A DNA stretch of 64,000 nt from Truepera sp. (GCA_965218435.1 CBDCKW010000005.1:224001-288000), one strand, 5' to 3'; shown: positions 30,768-41,711, numbered from the stretch's first letter. Program-made: numbers and translations. The notes: generated from the letters alone by a model not told the origin.

Positions 30768-31454
30768 ATGGATTTTCTATTTGAGGCGCATTCTTTAGAC
30801 TCAAGTTTGATCGCGTCGGTATGGCGAAGCTGTAGCGCGGAAGCGGGCCGGTACATTTCGGTAGCTGCGAGCCACTGGAGTTTTATGTTTGCCAAACGCC
30901 AAGGCAAAATCTATGTTGATGTGTGCGGCCCCGAAACCAGAGCTACTTTCGGTACGTTCTCGGCAGGATCAGACGTCTACGGCATTAATTTCAAAGCGGG
31001 CGTGTTCATGCCGCAACTCCCGACCAGCAGCCTCGTCGACGCACGGCTCCAGCTACCGCAGGCGAGTGACAGGGCTTTCTGGCTCCACGATTCCGCCTTG
31101 CCGATCCCGAAGTTTGAGGATGCGGAAGCGTTCGCTGAGCGACTTGCGCGGGCCGGGCTGCTCGTGCGTGACCCAGTCGTAAGCGCGTCCCTACAAGGTG
31201 AACCTCTCCGGTTGTCCGCCCGCGCCCTGCAATACCGCTTCGTCAAGAGCACTGGGTTAACCCGGAAAACGATCTGGCAGATCGAGCGGGTACGACAGGC
31301 CGCACTCATGTTAGAGCAGGGCGTCGCTATTGCCGACACGGTTTATCAGCTGGGTTATTTCGACCAAGCACACTTGACGCGTTCGCTCAAGCATCTTTAT
31401 GGTCAATCGCCGACGAGAGTGGCGCAAGTCACCGCATCTACCGCTCCGAGGTGA
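30768..31454 (+). CDS. AraC family regulator with DUF6597-like N-terminal domain
   Basis: GPETRA, GINFKAG, LGYFDQAHLTRSLK. Confidence 0.85.
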   Translation: MDFLFEAHSLDSSLIASVWRSCSAEAGRYISVAASHWSFMFAKRQGKIYVDVCGPETRATFGTFSAGSDVYGINFKAGVFMPQLPTSSLVDARLQLPQASDRAFWLHDSALPIPKFEDAEAFAERLARAGLLVRDPVVSASLQGEPLRLSARALQYRFVKSTGLTRKTIWQIERVRQAALMLEQGVAIADTVYQLGYFDQAHLTRSLKHLYGQSPTRVAQVTASTAPR

Positions 31455-31687
31455 GTTGCGTTTTTTTACAAGACAAAGCCCAGACCTTACTATTAAGCTT
31501 CTGGCATGAGCCTTAAAACGTAGCTATCTCTTCTCACTACGAACTGTTAAAACGCTGTTTGTGCCGCGCGTCAAGCGGACGAACCGCACTTAACTTTAAT
31601 CAGCGCGCTCGGTAAGGTCGCCCAGCTTAGGTAACGCGCTTTTCTGGACTTCTTAAACATCATCCTTTCAACGATTGGAGTTACATA

Positions 31688-32401
31688 ATGAAATTGGCAA
31701 TATTCCGTCGAGTAATGCTTGTCCTTACAGCCCTCTGCTCGTTCCACGTGGGTGCAGCAAGCACGTTTGTCGACTTCTGCTCGGCTGAACGGGTGCAGGC
31801 GCAACCCTTAGCGTTCGAGAACACCTCGGGCCAGCCGCTCGAGGGTGCTCTTTTGGGCACAGGTACAACTGGCGTTTTGTTCTCTAACGACAGCGGCAAC
31901 GGTGCGTGTAACTGGTTTCCTTTTGCCCAAACGCTGGCAGAGGACGGCTTCCGCGTCCTCCTTTATCAATATGCCGGGGACGACCCAAGCGCCAACCGCC
32001 TTGGGGATCTTCAAGCTGCCATCACTGCCTTTTCACGCCAAGGGGTTAAACACATCATCCTCATTGGGGCGTCCCAAGGTGCTAACCTTACGCTCATCGC
32101 TAATAGCCAAGCGCCTGCAAAGGTAGTGGCTACAGTCACCTTATCCGCTGAAGCGCGAGTGCTTGCCTCCGAAGGTGAAGAGTTAGCGCCCTACGCCGCT
32201 AAGGTCACCCTTCCGATCCTCATGGTCACGGCAAAGACTGATACGTATGGGTCGGACGAAGCGACACCTCACCTTTACAAGCTGGCTCCCACAAGGGATA
32301 AAAAGCTTCTTGTCGTACCGGGGTACGCGCACGGCACCGAATTGTTGAAGGAAACAAAGGTTCAGGCAGCAGTGCTCGACTTCCTTACAAAATACCGCTA
32401 G
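31688..32401 (+). CDS. Secreted alpha/beta hydrolase
   Basis: Signal peptide; GASQG; AHGTELL. Confidence 0.85.
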   Translation: MKLAIFRRVMLVLTALCSFHVGAASTFVDFCSAERVQAQPLAFENTSGQPLEGALLGTGTTGVLFSNDSGNGACNWFPFAQTLAEDGFRVLLYQYAGDDPSANRLGDLQAAITAFSRQGVKHIILIGASQGANLTLIANSQAPAKVVATVTLSAEARVLASEGEELAPYAAKVTLPILMVTAKTDTYGSDEATPHLYKLAPTRDKKLLVVPGYAHGTELLKETKVQAAVLDFLTKYR

Positions 32402-32472
32402 TTATGCGAGAACCTCGCCATCTCTTTAGGCGTCAAACACCTCAAAGCTAGACGCGTCACAAGGAGGCAATT

Positions 32473-33696
32473 ATGACCATCCCACGCACGGTTCCAGAGC
32501 ATCGTTTCCGAGAGCTGGATGCTCCTAAACATCCTTCAGGGTCATGGTCCGGCAGCACTTTTCGTGTTCTACGTTGGTGGCTCGCTACTAGCTTAGTCAT
32601 ATTCATTGTTATGGTCCCTTTCGTTAAAGCGCAAGCTACGGTCGCAGACCAACCGCCGCTGGCGGCCCGGGGGCCCCATTATGTGGGCGTACGAACCCTA
32701 AATCTCACGGACGAAAGGCGCGATAGAACCCTGAAAGCCGAGGTCTGGTATCCGACCGACGAGCAGGATGAAGCGACGTTTTATGACGCGATGCTCGGCC
32801 CCACACCCGCAAAGCTGCCAGGCCGCGCCAAACGGGACGCTAAGCCTACAACCAAGACATTTCCGCTGATCATCGTGTCGCACGGGCAACCGGGGACCCG
32901 TTACCAGCTCGCCTATTTAGGGGAACACTTGGCCTCCTACGGCTTCGTGGTCGCCAACTTAGAGCACACCGGCTCGACCTATCAGGACACCACGGACGCC
33001 GATTACGTCACCAGTCTTGTCTACCGGCCCGAGGATATTCTCTTCGCGATAGCTGAACTGCCCAACTTCATCGCCAACACCGATAACAGCAACGTCGGCT
33101 TGGTGGGCTACAGCTATGGTGGTTATAGCGCCGTCAACGCTGCCGGTGTGCCGCTGGATAAAGCTGCCCTGACCGAGTATTGCCAGAAGACGAACGATGA
33201 AGGCCCCTGCTTTGTCTTAGGTGATTTTTACAGGCTCGAGGCGGCTCGGGGTGCAACTATCAAGGCTGACCCACGGATTAAAGCGATCTTCGTCATGGCT
33301 CCTTACGGTGAACCGTGGCTCGGCGCAAAGTCCTTGGCCAAGCTCAAGGTGCCACTCTTTGTCGCTGCCGGGGACAAAGATGACGTGGCGGTCTACGCGC
33401 AAAATGGGCTCGAGTATTTCCGCCGTGCCGGGTCGGTGAACAAATATCTACTGACCTTAGCGGGAGCCCAACATAATCCCTACGCCGAATGTCCCGAGTC
33501 GGTACGCGGTGTTGAGAACTGCTTTGACCCGGTTTGGGAGCCAGACCAGGCGCACGCCCTGATCGAGCACTTTGCCACGGCGTTCTTTGGGACGGTTTTG
33601 CAAGGTGATGACGCGGACAGGCAGTATCTCAAGCCCGACTTACCCGGCTTGAACCAGGTGGTGATGCCGGGGGTGACGCTCGAGGTGAGGAGGTGA
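32473..33696 (+). CDS. Alpha/beta hydrolase (PAF-AH / dienelactone hydrolase-like)
   Basis: EVWYP, PLIIVSHG, LASYGFVV, GYSYGG, DPRIKA. Confidence 0.88.
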   Translation: MTIPRTVPEHRFRELDAPKHPSGSWSGSTFRVLRWWLATSLVIFIVMVPFVKAQATVADQPPLAARGPHYVGVRTLNLTDERRDRTLKAEVWYPTDEQDEATFYDAMLGPTPAKLPGRAKRDAKPTTKTFPLIIVSHGQPGTRYQLAYLGEHLASYGFVVANLEHTGSTYQDTTDADYVTSLVYRPEDILFAIAELPNFIANTDNSNVGLVGYSYGGYSAVNAAGVPLDKAALTEYCQKTNDEGPCFVLGDFYRLEAARGATIKADPRIKAIFVMAPYGEPWLGAKSLAKLKVPLFVAAGDKDDVAVYAQNGLEYFRRAGSVNKYLLTLAGAQHNPYAECPESVRGVENCFDPVWEPDQAHALIEHFATAFFGTVLQGDDADRQYLKPDLPGLNQVVMPGVTLEVRR

Positions 33697-33940
33697 TGCC
33701 CGTCTGAAGCTACCGTGCTTGAGTCGTACCCCACGGCTGATGTCGCTTAAAGAAGGGAGGTCGAGGTCATAGACATAAAGCCGGTTACTTTATGGACCGT
33801 CTTAGAAGCACCCCCATAGGAATCTCATCGGACGAATGTCTGACAATTAGGAATTAGCCCGCCTATCGTCAAGGCTGCGCCGTTCATGCTGAGGCCCAGA
33901 TCGAGTGGTTCAAACGGCAACGATAAGGAGGATAAGAAAT

Positions 33941-34105
33941 ATGGCGACGTATACAGTTGACGTGTTCACAACCCTGGACGGCTTCGGCTCGGGGCCGGTG
34001 GCGTACTGGGGCAAGGAAGGCCCGGAGTTGCTCGAGCAGCGGGCGTGAACCTACGGCGAGAAAGATCAGACGCTGGTGTTCGGGGCGAACACCTACCGCA
34101 GCTCT
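33941..34105 (+). pseudogene. RibD-C family N-terminal remnant (paralog of 37359)
   Basis: MATYTVDVFTTLDGFGSG..YWGKEGPELL..*..LVFGANTYR. Confidence 0.75.
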
Positions 34106-34539
34106 GCTGTCGCATGCAGGTTCCTGTGTCGCTGACACAACGGCTCTAACCACGTGGAAGCTGACCGCATAGAAGGCGCTAAAGGGTGCGCGCCAGACTC
34201 GGCGGCGAAAAACTGGATAGCGTGACCAAATGGTAACGTGGGGTATCAACTGAAAAGCGGCACTAATAGACCGTGGACGGAGCAATGCGCAATGTCCACG
34301 GTCTTCCATTTTGGGAAGGGCTTATGCGGTCATTGGGTTGTAACGCTGCACTTGGCGTGGGCCACGCTTAGCAAGAATGCGAGCCAGCGGTTTGCTCCTT
34401 AGCAGAGCTCGATAGCCAGCTCCCGCCGTTGATGTGCCAACGGCGTCGGAACGTCTGTTTAACTCGATGTCGCAACTAGAACCGCTCTTCAACATCCCTC
34501 TAGCAGGACTCTGATGACCATAACACCAATACCGAACTA

Positions 34540-34576
34540 TATTCCTTGACACGAATATTTTTCATAAGATATATTC
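34540..34576 (+). promoter_or_regulatory. Promoter with overlapping ArsR-type operator
   Basis: TTGACA (34546) and TATATT (34570); palindrome TATTC-N8-GAATA at 34540-34557. Confidence 0.6.
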
Positions 34577-34604
34577 GGCATGTAGGAGGACAAGAGATGA
34601 CGAG

Positions 34605-34970
34605 GTGAACCGCGTGCTAGGAGAAAACTCAGCAATGCACGAGACGGCACTCAGTGCTCTAGCCGAACCCAACCGCCTGCGGATCGTCGAACTCTTACGC
34701 GACGGCCCCCTGAGCGTAGGCGAGATCGCGGAACGGAGCGGGCTCCGCCAGCCCCAAACCTCGAAGCACCTTAAGGTCCTCGGCAGCCACGGGATCGTCG
34801 AGGTGCAAGCCGACGGCAACCGCCGAATCTACCATCTCCGGCCCGAGCCGTTCCTTTCACTTGGTGCTTGGCTAGAGTCCTTCGAGTACGTTATGCAAGA
34901 ACGGTTCGACAAGCTGGACGACTACCTGAAGGAACTTCAGCGCCGCGATAAGCAGGGTCATGAGAGTTAA
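34605..34970 (+). CDS. ArsR/SmtB family regulator (SRPBCC-associated)
   Basis: ALAEPNRLRIVELL, RQPQTSKHLKVL, RFDKLDDYL. Confidence 0.92.
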   Translation: MNRVLGENSAMHETALSALAEPNRLRIVELLRDGPLSVGEIAERSGLRQPQTSKHLKVLGSHGIVEVQADGNRRIYHLRPEPFLSLGAWLESFEYVMQERFDKLDDYLKELQRRDKQGHES

Positions 34971-34985
34971 CGAGGAGAACTACCG

Positions 34986-35498
34986 ATGCCCAACGACAAA
35001 ACCGTCTCGCGCGTAGAGAACGGCAAGGTGCTTGTACTCGAGCGCGTTTTCGACGCACCGCGTGAGCTTGTGTTCACGATATTTAAGGAGCCCGAGCACC
35101 TCAAGCACTGGTGGGGACCGAGAGGCTGGGAGCTGACCGTGTGCACCGTCGACTTCCGGCCCGGCGGCGTATGGCACTACTGCATGAAGTGCGTTGACAA
35201 AAGTCAAGGCGCGCTCTACGGCACGGAAGCGTGGGGCAAGGCTTTATACCGGGCTATCGACGAGCCGGAAACGATCGCCTACACTGACTACTTCTCTGAC
35301 GCGGAAGGCAATGAGGACGAGGCGCTGCCAGCCGCCGAGGTCACGATGGTGTTCACCGATCTGGGTGGCCAGACGAGGTTGGTCAGCCGCTGGGCGTACA
35401 GCTCCGCCGAGGACCTCAAGCGCGTCATGGACAGGGGTACGTTGCAGGGTCTCATCGAGATGTGGGACCGGCTCGCAGAGCGGCTCGGGGTTCGTTGA
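34986..35498 (+). CDS. SRPBCC / AHSA1 domain protein
   Basis: ERVFDAPRELVF, WWGPRGW, DFRPGGVW. Confidence 0.92.
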   Translation: MPNDKTVSRVENGKVLVLERVFDAPRELVFTIFKEPEHLKHWWGPRGWELTVCTVDFRPGGVWHYCMKCVDKSQGALYGTEAWGKALYRAIDEPETIAYTDYFSDAEGNEDEALPAAEVTMVFTDLGGQTRLVSRWAYSSAEDLKRVMDRGTLQGLIEMWDRLAERLGVR

Positions 35499-35768
35499 CT
35501 CGTCGGTGCTCGTCGGGCGCGTGCAGCAGCTCGTCTACGTCCCAACCGTCCGCTGAGCGCGATCAGCTCACGACACACCGGGTTGAGCCCACAGGCGTTT
35601 ACCAACTAGCCCATTGCTGCCAAGCCACCAAACTCGATGAGCTCACATCGCTTAAAGGAGGCACGCCATGCTCAGGACTACCTCGAACGTTGCTCATCGC
35701 CCGACCGCTGTACAGGCGCGAACTATGTGGCACGACCCGTCCGATACCTTGGTCAAGCCGGGTGCGCG

Positions 35769-37202
35769 ATGAGCGGGCGGACGCGGGGCGCGCACCCGTG
35801 GCTGGCGCTGGCGGTCCTGGCGCTGCCGACGCTGCTGTTGTCGGTCGATGTGAGCGTGCTCTACTTGGCGCTGCCGTCGATCTCGCGGTCGCTGCACGCC
35901 TCGCCGGTGGAGCAGTTGTGGATCCTCGACATCTACTCCTTCGTGCTCGCCGGGTTCCTCGTGCCGATGGGGTCGCTCGGCGACCGGATCGGTCACCGGC
36001 GGCTCTTACTGATCGGCGCAGCCGCTTTCGGAATCATATCGGTTGGGGCGGCGTTCGCGCCATCGGCACCACTGCTGATCGTCGCGCGGGCCGCTCTGGG
36101 CGTGGCCGGTGCAACGCTCGGTCCGACCACGCTGGGACTGCTCCGCACGTTGTTCCCCGATGAGAAGCAGTTCGGCCGCGCGCTCGGAGTGTGGTTTACC
36201 TCCTTCCTGGGCGGCGCGCTGGTCGGCCCGCTCGTCGGTGGCGTTGTACTGCAGGTGGCGTGGTGGGGCGGCGCGTTTCTGCTCGGGGTGCCCGTGATGG
36301 CCCTCCTGCTCGTTCTCGTGCCCGTGCTGCTGCCGCCGCCAGCATCAACAGGCCGTGGCCGGATCGATGTCGGCAGCACCGCGATCGCACTCGGCGCGGT
36401 ACTGCCGACGATCTGGGGTATCAAGGAACTCGCCCGCGGCGGCGTGACCCTCGCCGCGCTCATCGCCATCGTGGTCGGGCTGGCAGCTGGTGCCCTATTT
36501 ATCCGGCGACAGCTGCGGTTGCCGGAACCGATGCTGGACCTGCGACTGTTCACCGCCCCCGTGGTCGCGTACGGGCTTGGGGCAAACCTGCTCACCGGTG
36601 TCGTCATGGCGGGGTCGTCCCTCCTCGCATCGCTGTACCTTCAGACGGTGGCCGAGCCGTCGCCACTCCAGACGGCATGGTGGCTGGTTCCGCAGACCGT
36701 CGCGATGATCATCGGATTCCAGGTCGCACCGATAGTAACGAAGCGGCTGCCGGCTCTGGTGGTCGTGGCGATCGGCTTCGGACTGGCCAGCGTCGGGCTG
36801 GGTCTGCTCGGCACGGTGACGCCGGGCAGCGGGCCGGTCCTAGTCGCCGGTGCGTTGACGATCGCCTCGTTCGGCATCGCCGGGCCGATAACGGTGCTGC
36901 AGACCCTCATCATGACCGCCGCGCCGGCAGAACAAGCGGGCTCTGCGGCGGGGGCCAACGAGACCTCGGGCGAGTTCGGCATCGCGCTCGGCATCGCCCT
37001 GCTCGGCTCCCTCGCGGCCGCAGTGACCGCCCGCGCCGTCGCCAACGGCCGTGGTGCCGCACCCGCCTTCACGGCCGGCTACGCGGTCGCAGAACTCGTC
37101 GCCGCCGGAGTCTTCGTCGCCCTTGCCGTCGGTGCGTTGCTCGTCGCCCGTCGCGCCGCTCGATCGGCCAACTTAAGTACGGATGCAGCGCCCGCCGAGT
37201 AG
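35769..37202 (+). CDS. MFS drug:H+ antiporter (DHA2, QacA/SmvA-like)
   Basis: LWILDIYSFVLAG, GSLGDRIGHRRLL, PMLDLRLF, ETSGEFGIALG. Confidence 0.92.
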   Translation: MSGRTRGAHPWLALAVLALPTLLLSVDVSVLYLALPSISRSLHASPVEQLWILDIYSFVLAGFLVPMGSLGDRIGHRRLLLIGAAAFGIISVGAAFAPSAPLLIVARAALGVAGATLGPTTLGLLRTLFPDEKQFGRALGVWFTSFLGGALVGPLVGGVVLQVAWWGGAFLLGVPVMALLLVLVPVLLPPPASTGRGRIDVGSTAIALGAVLPTIWGIKELARGGVTLAALIAIVVGLAAGALFIRRQLRLPEPMLDLRLFTAPVVAYGLGANLLTGVVMAGSSLLASLYLQTVAEPSPLQTAWWLVPQTVAMIIGFQVAPIVTKRLPALVVVAIGFGLASVGLGLLGTVTPGSGPVLVAGALTIASFGIAGPITVLQTLIMTAAPAEQAGSAAGANETSGEFGIALGIALLGSLAAAVTARAVANGRGAAPAFTAGYAVAELVAAGVFVALAVGALLVARRAARSANLSTDAAPAE

Positions 37203-37358
37203 ATCGCGGTCGACCGCTGAGCAGCGCCGCGGGGCGGCACCGCCGAGGATCACGCCCGGTGTCGGCACGCCAACGTTTTAAGGCCAACGACACCACACTA
37301 AGGAGGAAAGAACCGCGCCTATGAAACGGACGACCACGAACCCCTTAAGGAGGACGAC

Positions 37359-37934
37359 ATGACCGCTACCTACACCTTCGACATCTTCTCCACCCTCGAC
37401 GGCTACGGCTCCTATAGCGATGACGGCGACTGGGGCGGCTACTGGGGTAAGCAAGGCCCCGAGTTCCTCAACCACCGCCTCGCCGTGGTCAGCGAGGAGC
37501 AGCGGATGGTCCTCGGGGCCAACACCTTTCGGCAGTTCCTGCAGCTGCTGGGCTCGATCGATGAGTCCGAGCTTGACCCAGTGAACGCCCGGGTGAGGAG
37601 CATGCCAACAACGGTGGTGTCGACGACACTCGCAAGACCCTTCGAATGGCCGGATGTGACTGTCGCGAGTGGCGACGCCGTAGACGTCGTAGCCCGGCTC
37701 AAGGCGGAGTCCGAGATACCGCTGCGCTCCCACGGCAGCCTGTCGCTGAACCGGGCACTGATGGCCGCGGGCCTGGTCGACCGCGTCCAAGTGACAATCT
37801 TTCCGGTCATCAGCGGTCAGACCGGGATAGAACCGGTCTTCCAGGGTGCAGCCGACTTCGACCTGGAGTTGCTCGAGCATCGGACCCTCGACGGCCACAT
37901 CCAAGAGCTCATCTACCGACCCAACCTCCATTGA
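37359..37934 (+). CDS. RibD-C / DHFR family protein
   Basis: STLDGYG, HGSLSLNRALMAAGLVDR. Confidence 0.9.
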   Translation: MTATYTFDIFSTLDGYGSYSDDGDWGGYWGKQGPEFLNHRLAVVSEEQRMVLGANTFRQFLQLLGSIDESELDPVNARVRSMPTTVVSTTLARPFEWPDVTVASGDAVDVVARLKAESEIPLRSHGSLSLNRALMAAGLVDRVQVTIFPVISGQTGIEPVFQGAADFDLELLEHRTLDGHIQELIYRPNLH

Positions 37935-38041
37935 CACTGAGTTCGAAGCTGAGCGCGATGCGGCCCGATCCGTGGGAAGCTGCTCCAGACGATACCTACA
38001 ATGTCCTGTTTCACTCCCTAGCTATACGAAAGGTGAGGATC

Positions 38042-38649
38042 ATGCGCAAGCTCATCGTTTCCATCCATAGTACAGCCAACGACATCGTCACTGGGCTTCC
38101 ATCTGGTGATGAAACCGACTTGTACTGGGCCGGTCCCGGCATTGAAGATTCACTTGACACATTCTGGACGTCTCTGGCTGGCGTCAACACCATCCTGCTA
38201 GGACGCGCTACCTACGAAGACCTGGTGAGACGGTGGCCGAAGGTTAAAGAATGGTCTGATGTGTCTGAGGTTACCTTACGCATCGCAGAAAAGATCAACA
38301 CGACCCGAAAGTTGTGGTAACCGGCAAACATCCTCTTGAAAGCCTCGAGTGGGACGAGTTCGAGCCGCCGACACAACTCACCGGCACCAACATTCAAGAG
38401 CAGGTCAAAGCGTTGAAGGAGGCAGACGGTGGCAACATTATTACGTTTGGCAGCCCCACACTTATGCAGTCTCTTATAAATGCGGCGCTCATTGACGAGT
38501 ATTGGATACTTATCCATCCCGTTATCGTGAACGAGGGCAAGCGCCTGTTCGACAATTTAGATGGCCGTACGGATTTTCGGCTCACCAGTGTAGAAACGTT
38601 TGAACACGGCGCGATTTTGGTCAAATACGCACTACTGGAGGCCAGTTAG
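38042..38649 (+). pseudogene. RibD-C / DHFR family protein, frameshifted near 38315
   Basis: MRKLIVS..LLGRATYE in one frame; FGSPTLMQSL..HPVIVNEGKRLF in another. Confidence 0.85.
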
Positions 38650-38787
38650 TCCTCCAGTAGCGTCAGGGGCTTGGTCGCGTAATAACCGAAGCTCAGCGCG
38701 CGCGTATCTAATGTTCGCCACTGAGTGGGTCACACGGGCTCAAGCTCGTATAGCGGTCTCAAAATTCGCAAATGAGAGGAAGAAACT

Positions 38788-39390
38788 ATGGGCAAGACGA
38801 TCATGAACGTAGCGGCGGTGTCGCTGGACGGCTTCATCGCCGACGACAACGACGGGATCAACCCGTTATTCGACTGGTTAAGCAACGGCGACGTCACCTG
38901 GAGGTTCGGGGGCACCGAGCGCGAGTTGCGGACCACCCAGGCCTCGGCCGACTTCATGCAGAGCCACTACCAAGACGTGGCGGCGGCGATCATTGGGCGG
39001 CAGCTGTTCGACCTGACCAACGGTTGGAACGGCAAGATCGACTGCCCTGGAGAACACGTCTTCGTTGTCACCCATCAGCCGCCGACGGATTGGGAGTACG
39101 CCGACACCGCGCCGTTCACCTTTGTCGACGGTGTCGAGAAGGCGTTTGCTGCTGCCAAGGCGTTCGCTGGCGACCGGGACGTCTACGTCTTCTCCGGCCA
39201 GATTGGCAGTCAGGCGCTTAAGCTCGGTCTGATCGACCAAATAGTTGTCAATCAAGTCCCGGTAGTTATGGGTTCCGGTCGTCCGTTCTTCGCTATCGGA
39301 AGCCTGACCGAGCCGCTGCGGTTGGAAAACCCGACGACGGTTGTGCAAGGCGACCGAGTCGTCCACTTGGTCTACGATGTCAGCCGGTGA
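38788..39390 (+). CDS. RibD-C / DHFR family protein
   Basis: VSLDGFIAD, IGRQLFDLTNGW, VPVVMGSGRPFF. Confidence 0.9.
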   Translation: MGKTIMNVAAVSLDGFIADDNDGINPLFDWLSNGDVTWRFGGTERELRTTQASADFMQSHYQDVAAAIIGRQLFDLTNGWNGKIDCPGEHVFVVTHQPPTDWEYADTAPFTFVDGVEKAFAAAKAFAGDRDVYVFSGQIGSQALKLGLIDQIVVNQVPVVMGSGRPFFAIGSLTEPLRLENPTTVVQGDRVVHLVYDVSR

Positions 39391-39424
39391 GGTCCGTAAT
39401 AGAACACCTATAAAGGGAGCGTTT

Positions 39425-39889
39425 ATGAACCAAGATTCAATGCAAGAGGCGTCCATACCCAACCCGGCCCTGCAACCGTTTAGCGTGTTGATCGGGACCT
39501 GGACTACAACTGGGACACACGGCCTTGTCCCAGACACCACCCTCCACGGTCGTACCTCGTTCGAGTGGCTGGAGGGTGGGGCATTTTTGATGATGCGCTC
39601 GGAGATCGATGACCCCCGTTTCCCTACCGGTATCGCGATTCTTGCGAGCGACGACTCCGAAGGAGAATATTACATGCTCACCTTCGATGAGCGCGGTGTT
39701 TCCCGAAAGTATGAAATGACGCTGCGCGACAACCTCTGGAAATGGTGGAGATACACACCGGGCTTTTCCCAACGCTACGAATTCTTGATTGTCGATGACG
39801 GCAACACGATCATTGGGAAAGGAGAGTTGTCCAAAGACGGGAAAACTTGGGAGAAGGACCTCGACTTAACCTATACGCGTGTCGAATAA
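39425..39889 (+). CDS. Conserved beta-barrel protein (DUF1579-like)
   Basis: LIGTWTTTG, FEWLEGGAFL, FDERGVSR, WEKDLDLTYTR. Confidence 0.7.
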   Translation: MNQDSMQEASIPNPALQPFSVLIGTWTTTGTHGLVPDTTLHGRTSFEWLEGGAFLMMRSEIDDPRFPTGIAILASDDSEGEYYMLTFDERGVSRKYEMTLRDNLWKWWRYTPGFSQRYEFLIVDDGNTIIGKGELSKDGKTWEKDLDLTYTRVE

Positions 39890-39958
39890 ACCGCACATGG
39901 AGGAAGTATATGCCTGAGCTTGTTTGCGAACTGATCATCACTTTTTAAGGAGTTCATC

Positions 39959-40297
39959 ATGCCAAGTATCGAAGCCGACAACAGCGTCGTTACACACATC
40001 AACGTGTTCACCGTTCCACGCGAAAAACAGCAACTGCTCATCGACTCGCTCGTAGAAACCGTTAACGCAGCGAAAACTGTACCTGGCTGGCTCTCTGCCA
40101 GCATTCACCGAAGTTTCGACGGAACGCAGGTTGTGAACTACGTGCAGTTTGAAAGCCATGAAGCTGCCCAATCGGTGTTAAGGCATCTCGCCGCGGGTGG
40201 TTATCTAAAACGCAATACCGAACTCGGCAGCGTTGCGGGAGGACACTACGAAGTGGTCTATACCCTCGAACAAGAAAAGGAGCACGAGGACGGATGA
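39959..40297 (+). CDS. Antibiotic biosynthesis monooxygenase (ABM) family protein
   Basis: INVFTVP, PGWLSASIHRSFDGTQVVNYVQF. Confidence 0.88.
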   Translation: MPSIEADNSVVTHINVFTVPREKQQLLIDSLVETVNAAKTVPGWLSASIHRSFDGTQVVNYVQFESHEAAQSVLRHLAAGGYLKRNTELGSVAGGHYEVVYTLEQEKEHEDG

Positions 40298-40432
40298 AGC
40301 CAGTGCTGGATTGCCCTAACTTGGTTGACAAAGATTGTGCGAAAGCCGCCCCTGATGTCCTTCGGCTTCCTAGTAAGCAGATTAGGTGAGCGGCGAGACA
40401 GATTGTCAGTATTGCTCTGATCTGAGGAGATT

Positions 40433-41281
40433 ATGATGGTATCAAAACAGTCTTCACTACCCCAAGTGCAAACCCTGGTGTCCGGTCTGGCGATGGGGGA
40501 GTCGCCACGTTGGCACGAGGACCGTCTTTGGTTCTCGGACTGGGGAGCCCAAGAAATCATTGCTGTTAATCTTGATGGTGACCGTGAGGTCGCAGTCCGG
40601 ACCTCGTTCGGTCTTCCTTTCTGCATTGATTGGCTGCTCGATGGACCTCTGCTCATTGTTTCAGGGCGAGAGGGACTTCTCCTTCGCAGGGAGGCTGACG
40701 GGACGCTGGTGAACCATGCTGACCTGCGTGACCTCTCGAGTAGCGGCTGGAACGAGATTGTTGTGGACGGTCGCGGCAACATCTATGTCAATGGTGGCCC
40801 GGGCATCATCGTACTTGTCTGTCCCGATGGCGCGGTTCAACAGGTGGCCGATGGCATCGACTTCCCTAATGGTATGGTCGTGACACCCGATAATACAACC
40901 TTGATCATTGCTGAGTCTCATGGCAGGCGGCTTACAGCTTTCGACATCGCTACGGACGGAAGCCTGTCGAACCGGCGTGTGTGGGCTAATCTCGGCGACG
41001 GCGTCCCTGACGGCATCTGCATCGATGCCGACCACGCCGTCTGGTACGCGGACGTCCCCAATAAGCGTTGTGTGCGCGTCCGTGAAGGGGGCGGGGTGTT
41101 ACAGACGATCAACCTTGACCGAGGTTGCTTCGCTTGTATGCTCGGGGGCGTAGATAACAGAACGTTGTTCCTGATAGCGACCGAGTGGCGTGGCATGGAA
41201 AACATTCCCGAGGTTATACGCGCGCGAACAGGACAGGTTTTGACCATCGAGGCACTGGCACCGGGCGTCGGATGGCCGTAG
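40433..41281 (+). CDS. SMP-30 / gluconolactonase family protein
   Basis: GESPRWH, FPNGM, PDGICIDA, FACMLGG. Confidence 0.92.
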   Translation: MMVSKQSSLPQVQTLVSGLAMGESPRWHEDRLWFSDWGAQEIIAVNLDGDREVAVRTSFGLPFCIDWLLDGPLLIVSGREGLLLRREADGTLVNHADLRDLSSSGWNEIVVDGRGNIYVNGGPGIIVLVCPDGAVQQVADGIDFPNGMVVTPDNTTLIIAESHGRRLTAFDIATDGSLSNRRVWANLGDGVPDGICIDADHAVWYADVPNKRCVRVREGGGVLQTINLDRGCFACMLGGVDNRTLFLIATEWRGMENIPEVIRARTGQVLTIEALAPGVGWP

Positions 41282-41355
41282 AAGAGTGTCTCATAGGGTC
41301 TCCCGGCGCGATAGACCACATTATTATTCACCTATCACCAAAGTGTAGAGGAGCA

Positions 41356-41535
41356 ATGATGGAGACAGTCGACCTATACACTGATGACGGCGGAACAGAG
41401 AGCTTGCTGCCGGTCGTCTTCTTACATTCGACTGCAGGTAACGCGTCGCAGTGGTCCGCGCAGCTCGAGCACCTGCGCCCGCAGCGGCGCGGTTGCTCTG
41501 GAATGGCGCGGTCATGGTTGCTCCGAGACACCCAC
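41356..41535 (+). pseudogene. Alpha/beta hydrolase N-terminal remnant
   Basis: PVVFLHSTAGNASQW..ALEWRGHGCS across a frameshift, then truncated. Confidence 0.65.
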
Positions 41536-41711
41536 GATTTTCTTTGACAGGGCGTTCGTTGACCCTACCGTATATGTATCACCCAGGGCAGAGAAGGTTT
41601 CCGCTGGCCTCGAAACACCTACTTAGGTTATGTGCTACCTTATATTTTAAGGTATTTACCGAAGCTTTGAAGGACAAACCATGGTGCAAAACGAAGGGAT
41701 GGTCACGATTT

